Below, one piece after another: positions 1 through 7,440 of a DNA stretch of 14,733 nucleotides. Source of the DNA: a virus; the UHGV virus genome UHGV-1964037. The stretch is one strand, 5' to 3'. The notes below the pieces were generated by a model that made no database searches, was not told where the DNA came from, and saw only the letters and a program-made list of their open reading frames with translations. Position numbers and translations under genes: made by a program. The stretch's first letter is position 1, and the number at the start of each line of letters is the position of its first letter.

Positions 1-173
1 GGCGCACCTGCATATCAGTAATGGTGGCGTTTGCCAGCTCCAGCTCTCTGGCTTTTTTATCGCGCTGCGCTTTGTAGTTGATGGCGTTATCGCGGTAATG
101 GTCTGTTGCCAGCCACAGCGCACCACAGCCACCCGCCAGGACAATAATCACCACACACAGAACACGGCTCATC
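1..173 (-). CDS. Rz: i-spanin Rz, N-terminal part (gene continues past the window start)
   Basis: Minus-strand ATG at 171-173. Translation MSRVLCVVIIVLAGGCGALWLATDHYRDNAINYKAQRDKKARELELANATITDMQ closely resembles the lambda Rz N-terminus (signal anchor then [31 protein letters not shown], from memory). Lies at the distal end of the lysis cassette. Confidence 0.8.
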
Positions 174-179
174 TCTCTT

Positions 180-311
180 TCACCCCACCAGTCCCGATAA
201 CGTCAGGACTCGCCAGGCGGTGGAAAAGAAAATGGCAACCAGCATGAGTGAAAATGAAATGCCGACAATTACACAGAGGATCTTCGCCAGCGTTATGAGT
301 TTGTCTGACAT
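180..311 (-). CDS. small hydrophobic membrane protein, 43 aa, function unknown
   Basis: ATG at 309-311 preceded by GGGAGG about 7 nt upstream (minus sense). Product MSDKLITLAKILCVIVGISFSLMLVAIFFSTAWRVLTLSGLVG is essentially one transmembrane helix. Stop lies 6 nt before the Rz start. Confidence 0.45.
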   Translation of the reverse strand: MSDKLITLAKILCVIVGISFSLMLVAIFFSTAWRVLTLSGLVG

Positions 312-325
312 GCTTAATCCTCCCT

Positions 326-508
326 TCACGATTTCAACGCAATGACCAGTTTTGCCAGCCCATACAGCATCGGGGACACAGCAACACCGACCGCCACCCA
401 CTTAATGGCAAAAGCCAGTGCTCTGCTGATGTCATCAGTTACAGGCGCTTTCAGTTCAAGGCCGTTTTTCATAGTCAACCTCAACAGAATTCGTTTATAC
501 TTTTCCAT
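326..508 (-). CDS. hypothetical small protein, 60 aa, basic N-terminus and hydrophobic C-terminus
   Basis: ATG at 506-508 with AGGGAG 4-5 nt upstream (minus sense). Product MEKYKRILLRLTMKNGLELKAPVTDDISRALAFAIKWVAVGVAVSPMLYGLAKLVIALKS. The upstream GTG at 541 given by the ORF track falls inside a terminator hairpin, so it was not used. Confidence 0.4.
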   Translation of the reverse strand: MEKYKRILLRLTMKNGLELKAPVTDDISRALAFAIKWVAVGVAVSPMLYGLAKLVIALKS

Positions 509-545
509 GTTCTCCCTTGCCTTATCCAAGGTCAGAAACACAAAA

Positions 546-575
546 CCCCGCTTGCAGCCAACAAACGGGGTTTTT
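546..575. terminator. intrinsic-terminator-like hairpin, roughly bidirectional, just downstream of the endolysin gene
   Basis: Stem CCCCG / CGGGG with a 15-nt loop. Followed on the plus strand by TTTTTACTTTTATT and on the minus strand by TTTTGTGTTT. Confidence 0.45.
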
Positions 576-664
576 ACTTTTATTCACTTAGTTTTTGTCA
601 GTTCGCAGGATTTCGTGTTATCCGTCCGTGTGAGAAAACCGCATTTTTCAGCAAAATATTCTGC

Positions 665-1198
665 TTATCTGTCAATTCCCCAGCACGCCAGCGCACTCTC
701 CTGGTCGCGACGGGATACCTGACCGTAACAGTTGTTTGAGCGAATACGGCAGTCTCTGCCACCGTCCTTAATCCACCAGCGAATCGCCTCACACGCCCCC
801 CTGCGATCGCCTGCATTAATTCGTTTATAAAACGTCGACGGGAAACACTTACCGGGGCCAATGTTGTACGGACAGAATGACGCGATCCCCGCTTTCTGGG
901 GTTCGGTCAGTGGCACTCTGATGTTTTTCTCCACCCATGCCAGCGCCTTATCACGCTCAATGGCGTTAACCTGGTCGCATTTTTCCTTCGACAACTTCAT
1001 GCCCGGGACGACAGGTTTGCCATCCACCATGATGGCACCACGGCAGATGGTCCAGATCCCCGCACCATCACGGTATGCCGTGGTGTGGTTACCTTCTTTT
1101 TCGTCAAGAAACTGGTCGATGATTTCAGGCGCAGAAGCACCTGCCGCAATCAGCGCCAGAACGGCTACCGATAAACCATAGTGGAGTTTCTGAGTCAC
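665..1198 (-). CDS. R: SAR endolysin (phage lysozyme, T4-lysozyme/GH24-like fold)
   Basis: 177-aa product with a hydrophobic N-terminal segment LSVAVLALIAAGASA (signal-arrest-release type) followed by the E..D..T catalytic arrangement (EGNHTTAYRDGAGIWTICRG) typical of lambdoid lysozymes. GTG start 2 nt after the holin stop with GGGAGAG upstream. Position S-R-Rz. Confidence 0.85.
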   Translation of the reverse strand: MTQKLHYGLSVAVLALIAAGASAPEIIDQFLDEKEGNHTTAYRDGAGIWTICRGAIMVDGKPVVPGMKLSKEKCDQVNAIERDKALAWVEKNIRVPLTEPQKAGIASFCPYNIGPGKCFPSTFYKRINAGDRRGACEAIRWWIKDGGRDCRIRSNNCYGQVSRRDQESALACWGIDR

Positions 1199-1202
1199 CT
1201 AA

Positions 1203-1418
1203 TCACTCTCCCCGGGCAGCCTTGCGACGGTCCTCTTTAATTTTGAAATACAGATTCGTCAGGTATGTCAGGAACCCCAGACACAGGCTCCCCAAAACCC
1301 CGATAGCAGCCCACTGTGACGGAGTAACCTGATCCAACCACTGTAGAAACCAGTAACCCGCACTGCCCGCAGAAGTACCATAGGCTATGCCCGTTGATAT
1401 TTTTTCCATCTGATACAT
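1203..1418 (-). CDS. S: class II holin (phage 21 S-like pinholin) with a dual-start motif
   Basis: 71-aa product [71 protein letters not shown] is near-identical in pattern to the phage 21 S holin as I recall it. Two in-frame starts (M1 and M4) suggest an antiholin/holin pair. GGGGCGGGG RBS. Confidence 0.85.
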   Translation of the reverse strand: MYQMEKISTGIAYGTSAGSAGYWFLQWLDQVTPSQWAAIGVLGSLCLGFLTYLTNLYFKIKEDRRKAARGE

Positions 1419-1451
1419 ATCCCCGCCCCGACAGACCTGTGCTACCGGAAA

Positions 1452-1483
1452 TAAAAAAGGCCATCAGTGTTTTACTGATGGCC
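1452..1483 (-). terminator. rho-independent terminator on the minus strand, upstream of the holin gene
   Basis: Plus-strand A-run 1452-1458, then stem GGCCATCAGT / ACTGATGGCC with loop GTTTT (1459-1483). On the minus strand this is a hairpin followed by a U-run. Confidence 0.55.
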
Positions 1484-1494
1484 CTGCCCCGCCG

Positions 1495-1785
1495 TTACAG
1501 CATTGTGCCCGGTTCGGGTTGTGTGTCTGTCATATCCGTCACCGGTGACTCCGGCTGAATATCACCATTTTCCGTGGTGACATCTTCCGCCTGTGGTTCC
1601 GGAAGCAGTTCCGGGGATGGTTCCGGCTGTGCACCAAGCAATTCATCCAGAATGGCATCCACTTCTGCATCAAGACGCGCCTCAAGGTTCTGCCGAAGTT
1701 GCTGTTTCAGTGCACTCCGGACTTCTTCAGAGCGCAGGACTTCCTTCACTGCCTCAGCAGTGACCAGCGATTTTATTTCTGACAT
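1495..1785 (-). CDS. hypothetical acidic protein, 96 aa
   Basis: ORF MSEIKSLVTAEAVKEVLRSEEVRSALKQQLRQNLEARLDAEVDAILDELLGAQPEPSPELLPEPQAED... Helical N-terminal half, Pro/Glu-rich tail. Weak RBS (GAGAAA). Sits between the esterase gene and the holin. Confidence 0.45.
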   Translation of the reverse strand: MSEIKSLVTAEAVKEVLRSEEVRSALKQQLRQNLEARLDAEVDAILDELLGAQPEPSPELLPEPQAEDVTTENGDIQPESPVTDMTDTQPEPGTML

Positions 1786-1810
1786 AGGATTTTCTCGTTG
1801 AAAGGGGTTA

Positions 1811-2005
1811 TTAAGAAGGTTGTTCCGGAATGAGTGGGGCTTCTGTTTTTGCTCCGGCTGACTGACTGGCGCTTATTTTCTCTGCGGCCCTTTTATCAAT
1901 CTGCCTGCGCCAGAAATCGCGCACTGCCCTGTACCCACCCGAAAGAAGATACAGCACACAGACCGCCGTACAGAAGTACAGCATCACCTGATGAACAAAT
2001 GTCAT
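1811..2005 (-). CDS. hypothetical small membrane protein, 64 aa
   Basis: ORF MTFVHQVMLYFCTAVCVLYLLSGGYRAVRDFWRRQIDKRAAEKISASQSAGAKTEAPLIPEQPS with one N-terminal transmembrane segment. Weak RBS. Confidence 0.35.
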   Translation of the reverse strand: MTFVHQVMLYFCTAVCVLYLLSGGYRAVRDFWRRQIDKRAAEKISASQSAGAKTEAPLIPEQPS

Positions 2006-2100
2006 AGTTTCTTACCGTTATGGTTGACAATGAGAACTGTTTTCATTTAAAAAACCATATACGAAAGCATCTTTTCTTTACATTCTCCATTGGGATTACC

Positions 2101-2138
2101 TCCGCCAGCTTCCGTTCCTGCCGCTGGCGGCTTTTTTT
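2101..2138 (+). terminator. terminator-like hairpin plus T7 run on the plus strand, antisense to local genes
   Basis: CCGCCAGC / GCTGGCGG stem with a 13-nt loop, followed by CTTTTTTTG on the plus strand. Sits 6 nt past the esterase stop. On the minus strand it is a hairpin without a U-run. Confidence 0.4.
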
Positions 2139-2143
2139 GCCGG

Positions 2144-4073
2144 TTATGATGATGCCCGGCTTTCGTTAACTTTGACTGTGACCGTATCAAGCAGTACCGG
2201 ATACGTCGCTTTTGCCCCCGTGATATCTGTCAGCGTCAGCGTATCTGCTGTAAAGCCATCATTTGTCCACATCACCAGGTCAAACGCAGACTGCTCTGCA
2301 TCATCAATCACCGGCACCACTTTTTCGCTGTTATTTCCCGCAAAGCGGAAAACAACTGTATGCCAGTTATGGTCAAATGCCCCAAATGTGCCCAGTTGCG
2401 CATTCGACTCCCCCTTGTGGTACATCAGATTCAGATTTGATGCATCCGTCTGAAGGAAGAAGGACGCCAGCATGCTGTTTGCTGTCGCGCCTGACGCCCA
2501 CTGCGACACCGGCCAGTACAGACCAAAGACAAACTGACCGTTAACCAGTTCGACACCCTCCGGGATCTTAAACCGCACGGCAATTTCACCTCCCTTACTG
2601 AGAAGATTTTTTGCCTCCTCCACCGCAACAGTACGGAACATCTTCCAGGAGGTCAGTTTACCCGGCTGTTTTTCCAGTCGCAGCGCCTTCCTGCCACTGT
2701 CATCCGTCACAGTGCCTTTACCACCGGACGCATTCCACTGCTGCTCTGTCCATACACCACTGCCACTGTTCGCATCATATCCGGCCACCATTCTTGTTAC
2801 GGCTTCAGTATGACCGCCTGCAGAAGTACCTGCACCCTGCTGTTGCGTCGGACCCGCAGAGCCAGACTGTGCATCCCCCGTGGAGGCTGGCGTGGTCGCC
2901 AGCGGTGCAGACTGCCCGCTCAGGAACGGCAGCAAACGCCCGGCTCGCACCAGTATCTCTCCTGCCAGCCGATCTGAAACAATGCCTCTTCGCGCCCAGG
3001 AGCTGAAGTGCGTTTTACGATCGGCTGTCGTCCAGTTACCATTACTGCGTGACGCGGCACCATAGTATCCCGCCGTGATAATGTCCGGATCTTCTGACGG
3101 CTCGTTTGTCGGCACATTCGCACCATGCTCATCCGTCATCAACGGCACAAAGTGAATATTCTGCGCCGCCTTGCCTTTATAGCCTCCGTAAACCGCCTCA
3201 TACTGCACTGCATACTTCGCCTTCCAGTCGTACGTGGTGTCACCGCAAATCCACGGGACGCCGGACGTTGTCCCGCCAATACACTGGTCTGCAATATCTG
3301 CCAGGTCTGCACGGTATTTATTTACCATGGCAAGAAAAAGTGCATTGTGCTCTGCATGTCTCCCCGAACTGACATCTTTTTCCCCCTGCATCCAGATCAC
3401 CGACAACAGCACGTTTTTCGGATTTTTCTTCAGGGCTGCACGCGTTCTGCTGACCAGGTCACGATACAACGGTTTATCCACCCCCCACAGGGAAGAGCCC
3501 GCTGTCGCACCCGACGCCTCATTAAACGCGCCCTCTGCTCCCGCAGTAAATCCCGAATCGCCACGTCCACACGGGACAAGAAGGATCCCCGCACGGGCAG
3601 GCATAAACGGCAGCAGTTTTTTGGCCACATGCAGGGCATGCCCCACACAGCCATACTGCCCTTTATTGAGGTCTGCTTTCGGGTGATTCAGATTACTCAC
3701 GTCCTGCACATCATGCAGACAATGGTCTGCAGGAATAATGTCGTTATATGCACAGGCCGCACCGCCCGGTGTCACCGTGCTGCGACGCGCCAGTTGCTTA
3801 ATACGCGGGTCAGGACGATCATACGTATCCGGCAGCGGCAGGCCCCCCCCCAAAAAAAACCAGGTGGGATGGCCCGCCACCATCACCCGACGGTTGCACC
3901 ACCACCGGTGTGGTGACATCACCTTCCGCCGCAATGGCCTGCATCAGGGTATAGGGCGTGATGGCCACCGGACTGCCAAATGGCTGCCACCCCTCCTTCA
4001 GTTTTTGAGTCAGTCGCTCCGCAAGGTCTGACGGCGACGCCGCCCTGACCACGTCATAGTGTTTAAATGCCAT
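2144..4073 (-). pseudogene. nanS-p-like prophage esterase (DUF1737-like N-terminus plus SGNH/SASA-type esterase domain), frameshifted at a homopolymer tract
   Basis: ATG at 4071-4073 with GGGAGG RBS opens an 84-codon frame (MAFKHYDVVRAASPSDLAERLTQKLKEGWQPFGSPV...) that stops at 3819. A second frame continues from the same tract for 596 codons to 2144 and contains GRGDSGF and other esterase-like blocks. The two frames overlap at the C9/A8 run 3843-3859; removing one base joins them into about 642 codons. Size and placement (between Q and S) match nanS-p genes of Stx and Stx-like phages. Family assignment is from memory, not a search. Confidence 0.55.
3843..3859. repeat. adjacent homopolymers C9 and A8 (coding strand T8 G9) at the frameshift site
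   Basis: Plus-strand cccccccccaaaaaaaa at 3843-3859, read directly from the sequence. Confidence 0.95.
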
Positions 4074-4267
4074 GAATCCTCCCGGTCGGGATAATGTTGT
4101 GAGTCAGATGAGGGAACGGGCTGAAGTCCGGAAGTTACAGGACAATGGCAGGAGGAAGACTACAGCCCGCAATACGAAAAAGGCCGCGCTATTGCGCAGA
4201 GTGATTACTGTCGGATATTATTCGCCAGCTGAAATATTACTTCACGTTTTGTTGTTTATTCCTTGCC

Positions 4268-4296
4268 GCCCGCGTCTCCCAGCGCGGGCTTTTTTT
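4268..4296 (+). terminator. terminator-like hairpin plus T7 run on the plus strand, followed by a second GC hairpin (4308-4327)
   Basis: Stem GCCCGCG / CGCGGGC with loop TCTCCCAG, then TTTTTTT. Downstream AGCCCCTC-CGGA-GAGGGGCT hairpin. No U-run follows either hairpin in minus sense. Confidence 0.45.
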
Positions 4297-4353
4297 GTCC
4301 ATAAGAAAGCCCCTCCGGAGAGGGGCTGGAGAGTGGCGCTATGTGCCATTGCA

Positions 4354-4375
4354 TGGTGCCGGGTGCCTCCCGGTG
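4354..4375. repeat. 22-bp element TGGTGCCGGGTGCCTCCCGGTG, with an exact reverse-complement copy at 14559-14580
   Basis: Exact 22/22 match in inverted orientation about 10.2 kb away. The minus-sense reading CACCGGGAGGCACCCGGCACCA holds three GGCACC hexamers and a CCGGG/CCCGG hairpin. Confidence 0.9.
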
Positions 4376-4644
4376 AGTTCAGTATCAGCACCTGAACCCG
4401 CACAGAAAGGATAAGGGTCGGTGACAAAACACCAGTTGCTGATTGCCCCTCCGCACAGGGGGATTCACCATGCCAGTTTCTTTTAACAAACTCCCCGCAA
4501 ACCAGACAACAGTCAACCGCCTGAATTGTGAGGTATTTAAAAATTTCAACGGGTAACTGATACCCTGCTAATCGCCTGATGCTTTCTTTTTCAGCAACGG
4601 GGAAGCAACAACCACCACACCCACCAGCCGCCCATTTACCACAA

Positions 4645-4670
4645 ATAAAAAAGCCTTCACTGCGGAAGGC
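4645..4670 (-). terminator. rho-independent terminator on the minus strand
   Basis: Plus-strand A-run 4645-4652, then GCCTTC-ACTGCG-GAAGGC hairpin (4653-4670). Overlaps the stop codon of the 65-aa ORF. Confidence 0.5.
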
Positions 4671-4853
4671 GTCTGTAACAACCGAACTGATAGTCTGCCA
4701 GACCCGCCATAACCAGCTGGGTCAGTATTAACTGGCAGCGTTCGCGTGAAAGGTAAGTATTCTGCGCTATCTCCCCGACTGTCGCCGGTTCGGTAACGCT
4801 TAATTCATTAAACACCACTCTGGCGGTTTCTGTCATATCCTGCTGTTTTAGCA
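4657..4853 (-). CDS. hypothetical small protein, 65 aa, possibly HTH-like
   Basis: ATG at 4851-4853 with AAGGGA RBS. Product MLKQQDMTETARVVFNELSVTEPATVGEIAQNTYLSRERCQLILTQLVMAGLADYQFGCYRRLPQ. Bracketed by minus-strand terminators on both sides, so it could instead be part of a late leader transcript. Confidence 0.4.
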
Positions 4854-4973
4854 TGTCTTTTTCCCTTTTCCGGTTAACGTGACATACCAATAACTCTTGT
4901 CTAAAAAGCCAGCAAGCTGAAAGACAGGTATTCACCACCAGCACGTTTACTGTACTGATGCGATTTCAGTCAT

Positions 4974-4995
4974 AAAAAACCCGCCAGGCGGCGGG
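4974..4995 (-). terminator. rho-independent terminator on the minus strand, about 60 nt downstream of Q (candidate tR'-like element)
   Basis: Plus-strand A-run 4974-4979, then CCCGCC-AGGC-GGCGGG hairpin (4980-4995). In minus sense the hairpin is followed by UUUUUUAU. Confidence 0.5.
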
Positions 4996-5055
4996 TTTAA
5001 GTTGTGTGGCGTAGTAACCACTCTTAACATACTGACATACTTTTTGCGGACCGCG

Positions 5056-5448
5056 CTAATCATTTTTTACTTTTTTGGGCAGCCAGTCGTCCATCTCCAG
5101 CCTTACACCCAGCATCGACAGACATCCGTCAATAAATCCTTCAGCAATCTGCATCTCAATTCGTATTGCCTTTTCGCTCTTCTTTCTTGTTCTGGCAATC
5201 TGCCTTTTTGATATGCGCAGCAGATAATGAGCTACCAGCAGCGAATACTCGTCCGGTTTTTTCTTCTTCAGGCGCGTAAGGCAGTTTTCGATGATAAGGC
5301 CGTCATCATCGCTGCAGGCCGGGCGAGGTTTAGCGGTGGATGGTAAAAGGCCTTTAAATCCAGCAGCTATCGGAGAATAGTCCACCCCGGTGTTACCACT
5401 TGCCGCCCATGCCCCCCAGCGTTCAAGAACCATCTGAATATCACGCAT
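5056..5448 (-). CDS. Q: late-gene antiterminator Q (Phage_antitermQ family, QuuD-like)
   Basis: ATG at 5446-5448 with GGAG RBS. Product MRDIQMVLERWGAWAASGNTGVDYSPIAAGFKGLLP...RLKKKKPDEYSLLVAHYLL...GVRLEMDDW matches the short E. coli prophage Q family (N-terminal MRDIQMVLERWGAWAA, C-terminal RLEMD, from memory). Positioned upstream of the late/lysis genes. Confidence 0.8.
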   Translation of the reverse strand: MRDIQMVLERWGAWAASGNTGVDYSPIAAGFKGLLPSTAKPRPACSDDDGLIIENCLTRLKKKKPDEYSLLVAHYLLRISKRQIARTRKKSEKAIRIEMQIAEGFIDGCLSMLGVRLEMDDWLPKKVKND

Positions 5449-5465
5449 CAACTTTCTCCACAAAA

Positions 5466-6461
5466 TCAGGACAGCACACCAATCGCCAGTGCGCGATCGA
5501 TAAAACGAAATATCAGCTCCAGTTGGGAACCATACTTCTCTTCAAATGCCACGGTATCCACATGCAGTTCGTCATGGTGTTTTCTGCACAAAGGCAACAC
5601 AAAGAGATCATGCGCTTTTGTCCCCATACCACCCTGGCCGTGACCAATCAGATGATGCGGATCATCAGCTGGCTTTCCACAACATGCACACGGCTGCGTC
5701 TTAACCCAGCGAGTGTACTTTTCATTAACCCAGCGACGACGTTTGGGGCGTAACATAAAAGACTCCGGCGACTCCGGATCCACTTTCAGCGCCAGCACCT
5801 TTTTCGCTTTATCCCGGATAATACTGGTGGCAGTAACCGAAGGTACAAGGTCACTCTCCCGGGTGACAGACGGCAAAACAGGCTTCGGTAATCTCAGGGC
5901 CTTACGGGCTGCACTTTCCGGTAAAGCATCCGCCAGGTCATTACGAACCAGCCACCAGCACAGTTCCGGCATTGTCACAACGTGACTGTCATCAAAACCA
6001 AGATCACGGCGCACAACAGACAACACCCAGCGGGCACAGTTATCCGTTGCCATTGCTTCCAGCCGTTCCGTGAACTGGTCACGGAGAAGATTGTCACAGT
6101 GCCAGCACAGACGGATTGCGCCTGGCGCGTGCCGCATTGTGGTCATGTTCTCGCTGTGCCAGTCGGAATGAGGCCACTGACAGCCCTTTTCACGAAGTAA
6201 CCAGCTCTCAAGGCATTCCACGCCACCAGCACGACGGATCACCGCCTCATGGCGGAACACGGCCCGAACGGCAGGATCATCCGCCAGCGGTTGTGATGAT
6301 GCCGGAACGGCACCACTGGCAAAAGATGAATAACGTTCCGGCTCAGGCTCCAGCAGGACACGCCCCTGCATAAACAGGGGCATCAGCTCTGAACCTGGCC
6401 TGAACAATACGATCCCCATACGCGGGGCGATTTCAGGGGTCAGTAGTGCTCTCACGGTCAC
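5466..6461 (-). CDS. DUF968-like prophage protein with a C-terminal HNH-like Cys/His motif
   Basis: 331-aa ORF, GTG start at 6459-6461, 1 nt after the KilA-N gene stop. C-terminal CACCGKPADDPHHLIGHGQGGMGTKAHDLFVLPLCRKHHDELH resembles an HNH/zinc-finger motif. The usual position for DUF968 (ydfU-like) genes is just upstream of Q. Confidence 0.5.
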   Translation of the reverse strand: MTVRALLTPEIAPRMGIVLFRPGSELMPLFMQGRVLLEPEPERYSSFASGAVPASSQPLADDPAVRAVFRHEAVIRRAGGVECLESWLLREKGCQWPHSDWHSENMTTMRHAPGAIRLCWHCDNLLRDQFTERLEAMATDNCARWVLSVVRRDLGFDDSHVVTMPELCWWLVRNDLADALPESAARKALRLPKPVLPSVTRESDLVPSVTATSIIRDKAKKVLALKVDPESPESFMLRPKRRRWVNEKYTRWVKTQPCACCGKPADDPHHLIGHGQGGMGTKAHDLFVLPLCRKHHDELHVDTVAFEEKYGSQLELIFRFIDRALAIGVLS

Positions 6462-6462
6462 C

Positions 6463-7278
6463 TCAATGAACGGTATCGAGCAGCTTTAACAGCTCAGGGA
6501 ATCGGGATTCGAAGAAATGCGGCTGCGTCTCGCGCGGATTTGCAGGACTGGTGATGTTCTTGCCGAACATGCAGCCTTTCGCTGTCAGCGACCAGAATTT
6601 TTTGATGTTGTTAATCGCGGTACGGCTGTATCGTTCGCGTTGTTCAACGATCCCCAGCTTCGCCATCTGGTGATATGCCTGATTAGCCGTCAGGCGGATA
6701 CCATACTGCTTCAGCAGTGCACTCAGCGACAGCGTAGGGCGGCTTGAACCATCTGGCGCATCAGCAGGTGCATCAATGGCATAGATCGGCATAAGTTCAG
6801 GAAGACCAGCTACCTTTGATAATTTCTGGTATGCACCAAGTTTCGAGGAGTTTGACAGATTTAGAGTCTTTGCTGCTGATTCAAGCAGAATGACCCCGGA
6901 TTTAATTTTGTCGGATGTGGTTTCTTCTGGTGATGAATTATGAAGCGCATCAAAAGTACGTATCACTTTTAAGCTGAATGCCGGGCTGATCCACATTGCA
7001 TATGCATAGACCAGCTCTTTACAGACATACGTCCCACCATTGCGCCCCTGAATGGTGATGACAGGAATACTACGGGAATCTCCCGTAGTTTCTTCTTCCA
7101 ATAATTCCACAAGAGCCTTCGTTTCAGGACGACGCATAAACTCGTGAACTTCCAGCGAACGGGAGGAGCGATTCTCACCAGCGGCAAGAAGAGCAGCTTT
7201 CTGAAGGTCGTTAAGACAGTAGTTAGATTCGAAGTACTGGCGCACAGAAACGCCATCAATTACAAGCAACTGATTCAT
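6463..7278 (-). CDS. KilA-N domain protein (putative antirepressor-like DNA-binding protein)
   Basis: ATG at 7276-7278 with GGAG 6 nt upstream. N-terminal region ...VRQYFESNYCLNDLQKAALL...ITIQGRNGGTYVCKELVYAYAMWISPAFSLKVIRTF fits the KilA-N/APSES pattern (G..GGTW/YV...L...A.W.SP.F). A 160-bp intergenic region upstream carries promoter-like hexamers. Confidence 0.7.
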   Translation of the reverse strand: MNQLLVIDGVSVRQYFESNYCLNDLQKAALLAAGENRSSRSLEVHEFMRRPETKALVELLEEETTGDSRSIPVITIQGRNGGTYVCKELVYAYAMWISPAFSLKVIRTFDALHNSSPEETTSDKIKSGVILLESAAKTLNLSNSSKLGAYQKLSKVAGLPELMPIYAIDAPADAPDGSSRPTLSLSALLKQYGIRLTANQAYHQMAKLGIVEQRERYSRTAINNIKKFWSLTAKGCMFGKNITSPANPRETQPHFFESRFPELLKLLDTVH

Positions 7279-7440
7279 TGGTTTCTCCACAAATTTTTAT
7301 CCACGAGCGGGACTGCACTCCCTTTTCGTTGATGCAGGATGAACTTACTGCGATTTTTAATAGTTATCAAGGATACACTCTTCATAAATACAGTATCTTT
7401 AACGAGGTAATACCCAAATTTAGGGTGTTGCTCAATTCCG

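Noticed and set aside
1425-1440. ACAGACCTGT palindrome upstream of the holin as a LexA box
   Set aside because: The half-sites are in ACAG..CTGT order with a 2-nt spacer, not the CTGT-N8-ACAG SOS-box arrangement.
2172-3916. Several long plus-strand ORFs (for example 3125-3916 at 263 aa, 3234-3686, 2611-3006) overlapping the esterase gene
   Set aside because: They are antisense to a minus-strand gene with recognisable esterase-like motifs, have Arg/Cys/His/Pro-rich low-complexity composition and lack convincing RBSs. Judged to be shadow ORFs.
4072-4395. Plus-strand 107-aa ORF in the Q-downstream noncoding region
   Set aside because: It reads straight through a hairpin plus T7 terminator and a second GC hairpin, has an Arg-rich low-complexity product and no RBS.
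4380-4660. Possible tRNA genes between Q and the esterase gene, as seen in Stx phages
   Set aside because: No canonical T-arm (GTTCRANYC) or cloverleaf could be found on either strand by eye. The CACCA-ending 22-mer is not preceded by a T-loop. Needs tRNAscan-SE to be certain.
4073-5056. Shiga toxin genes (stxA/stxB) between Q and the esterase gene
   Set aside because: No ORFs of appropriate size (about 320 and 90 codons) are present; the region is essentially noncoding.
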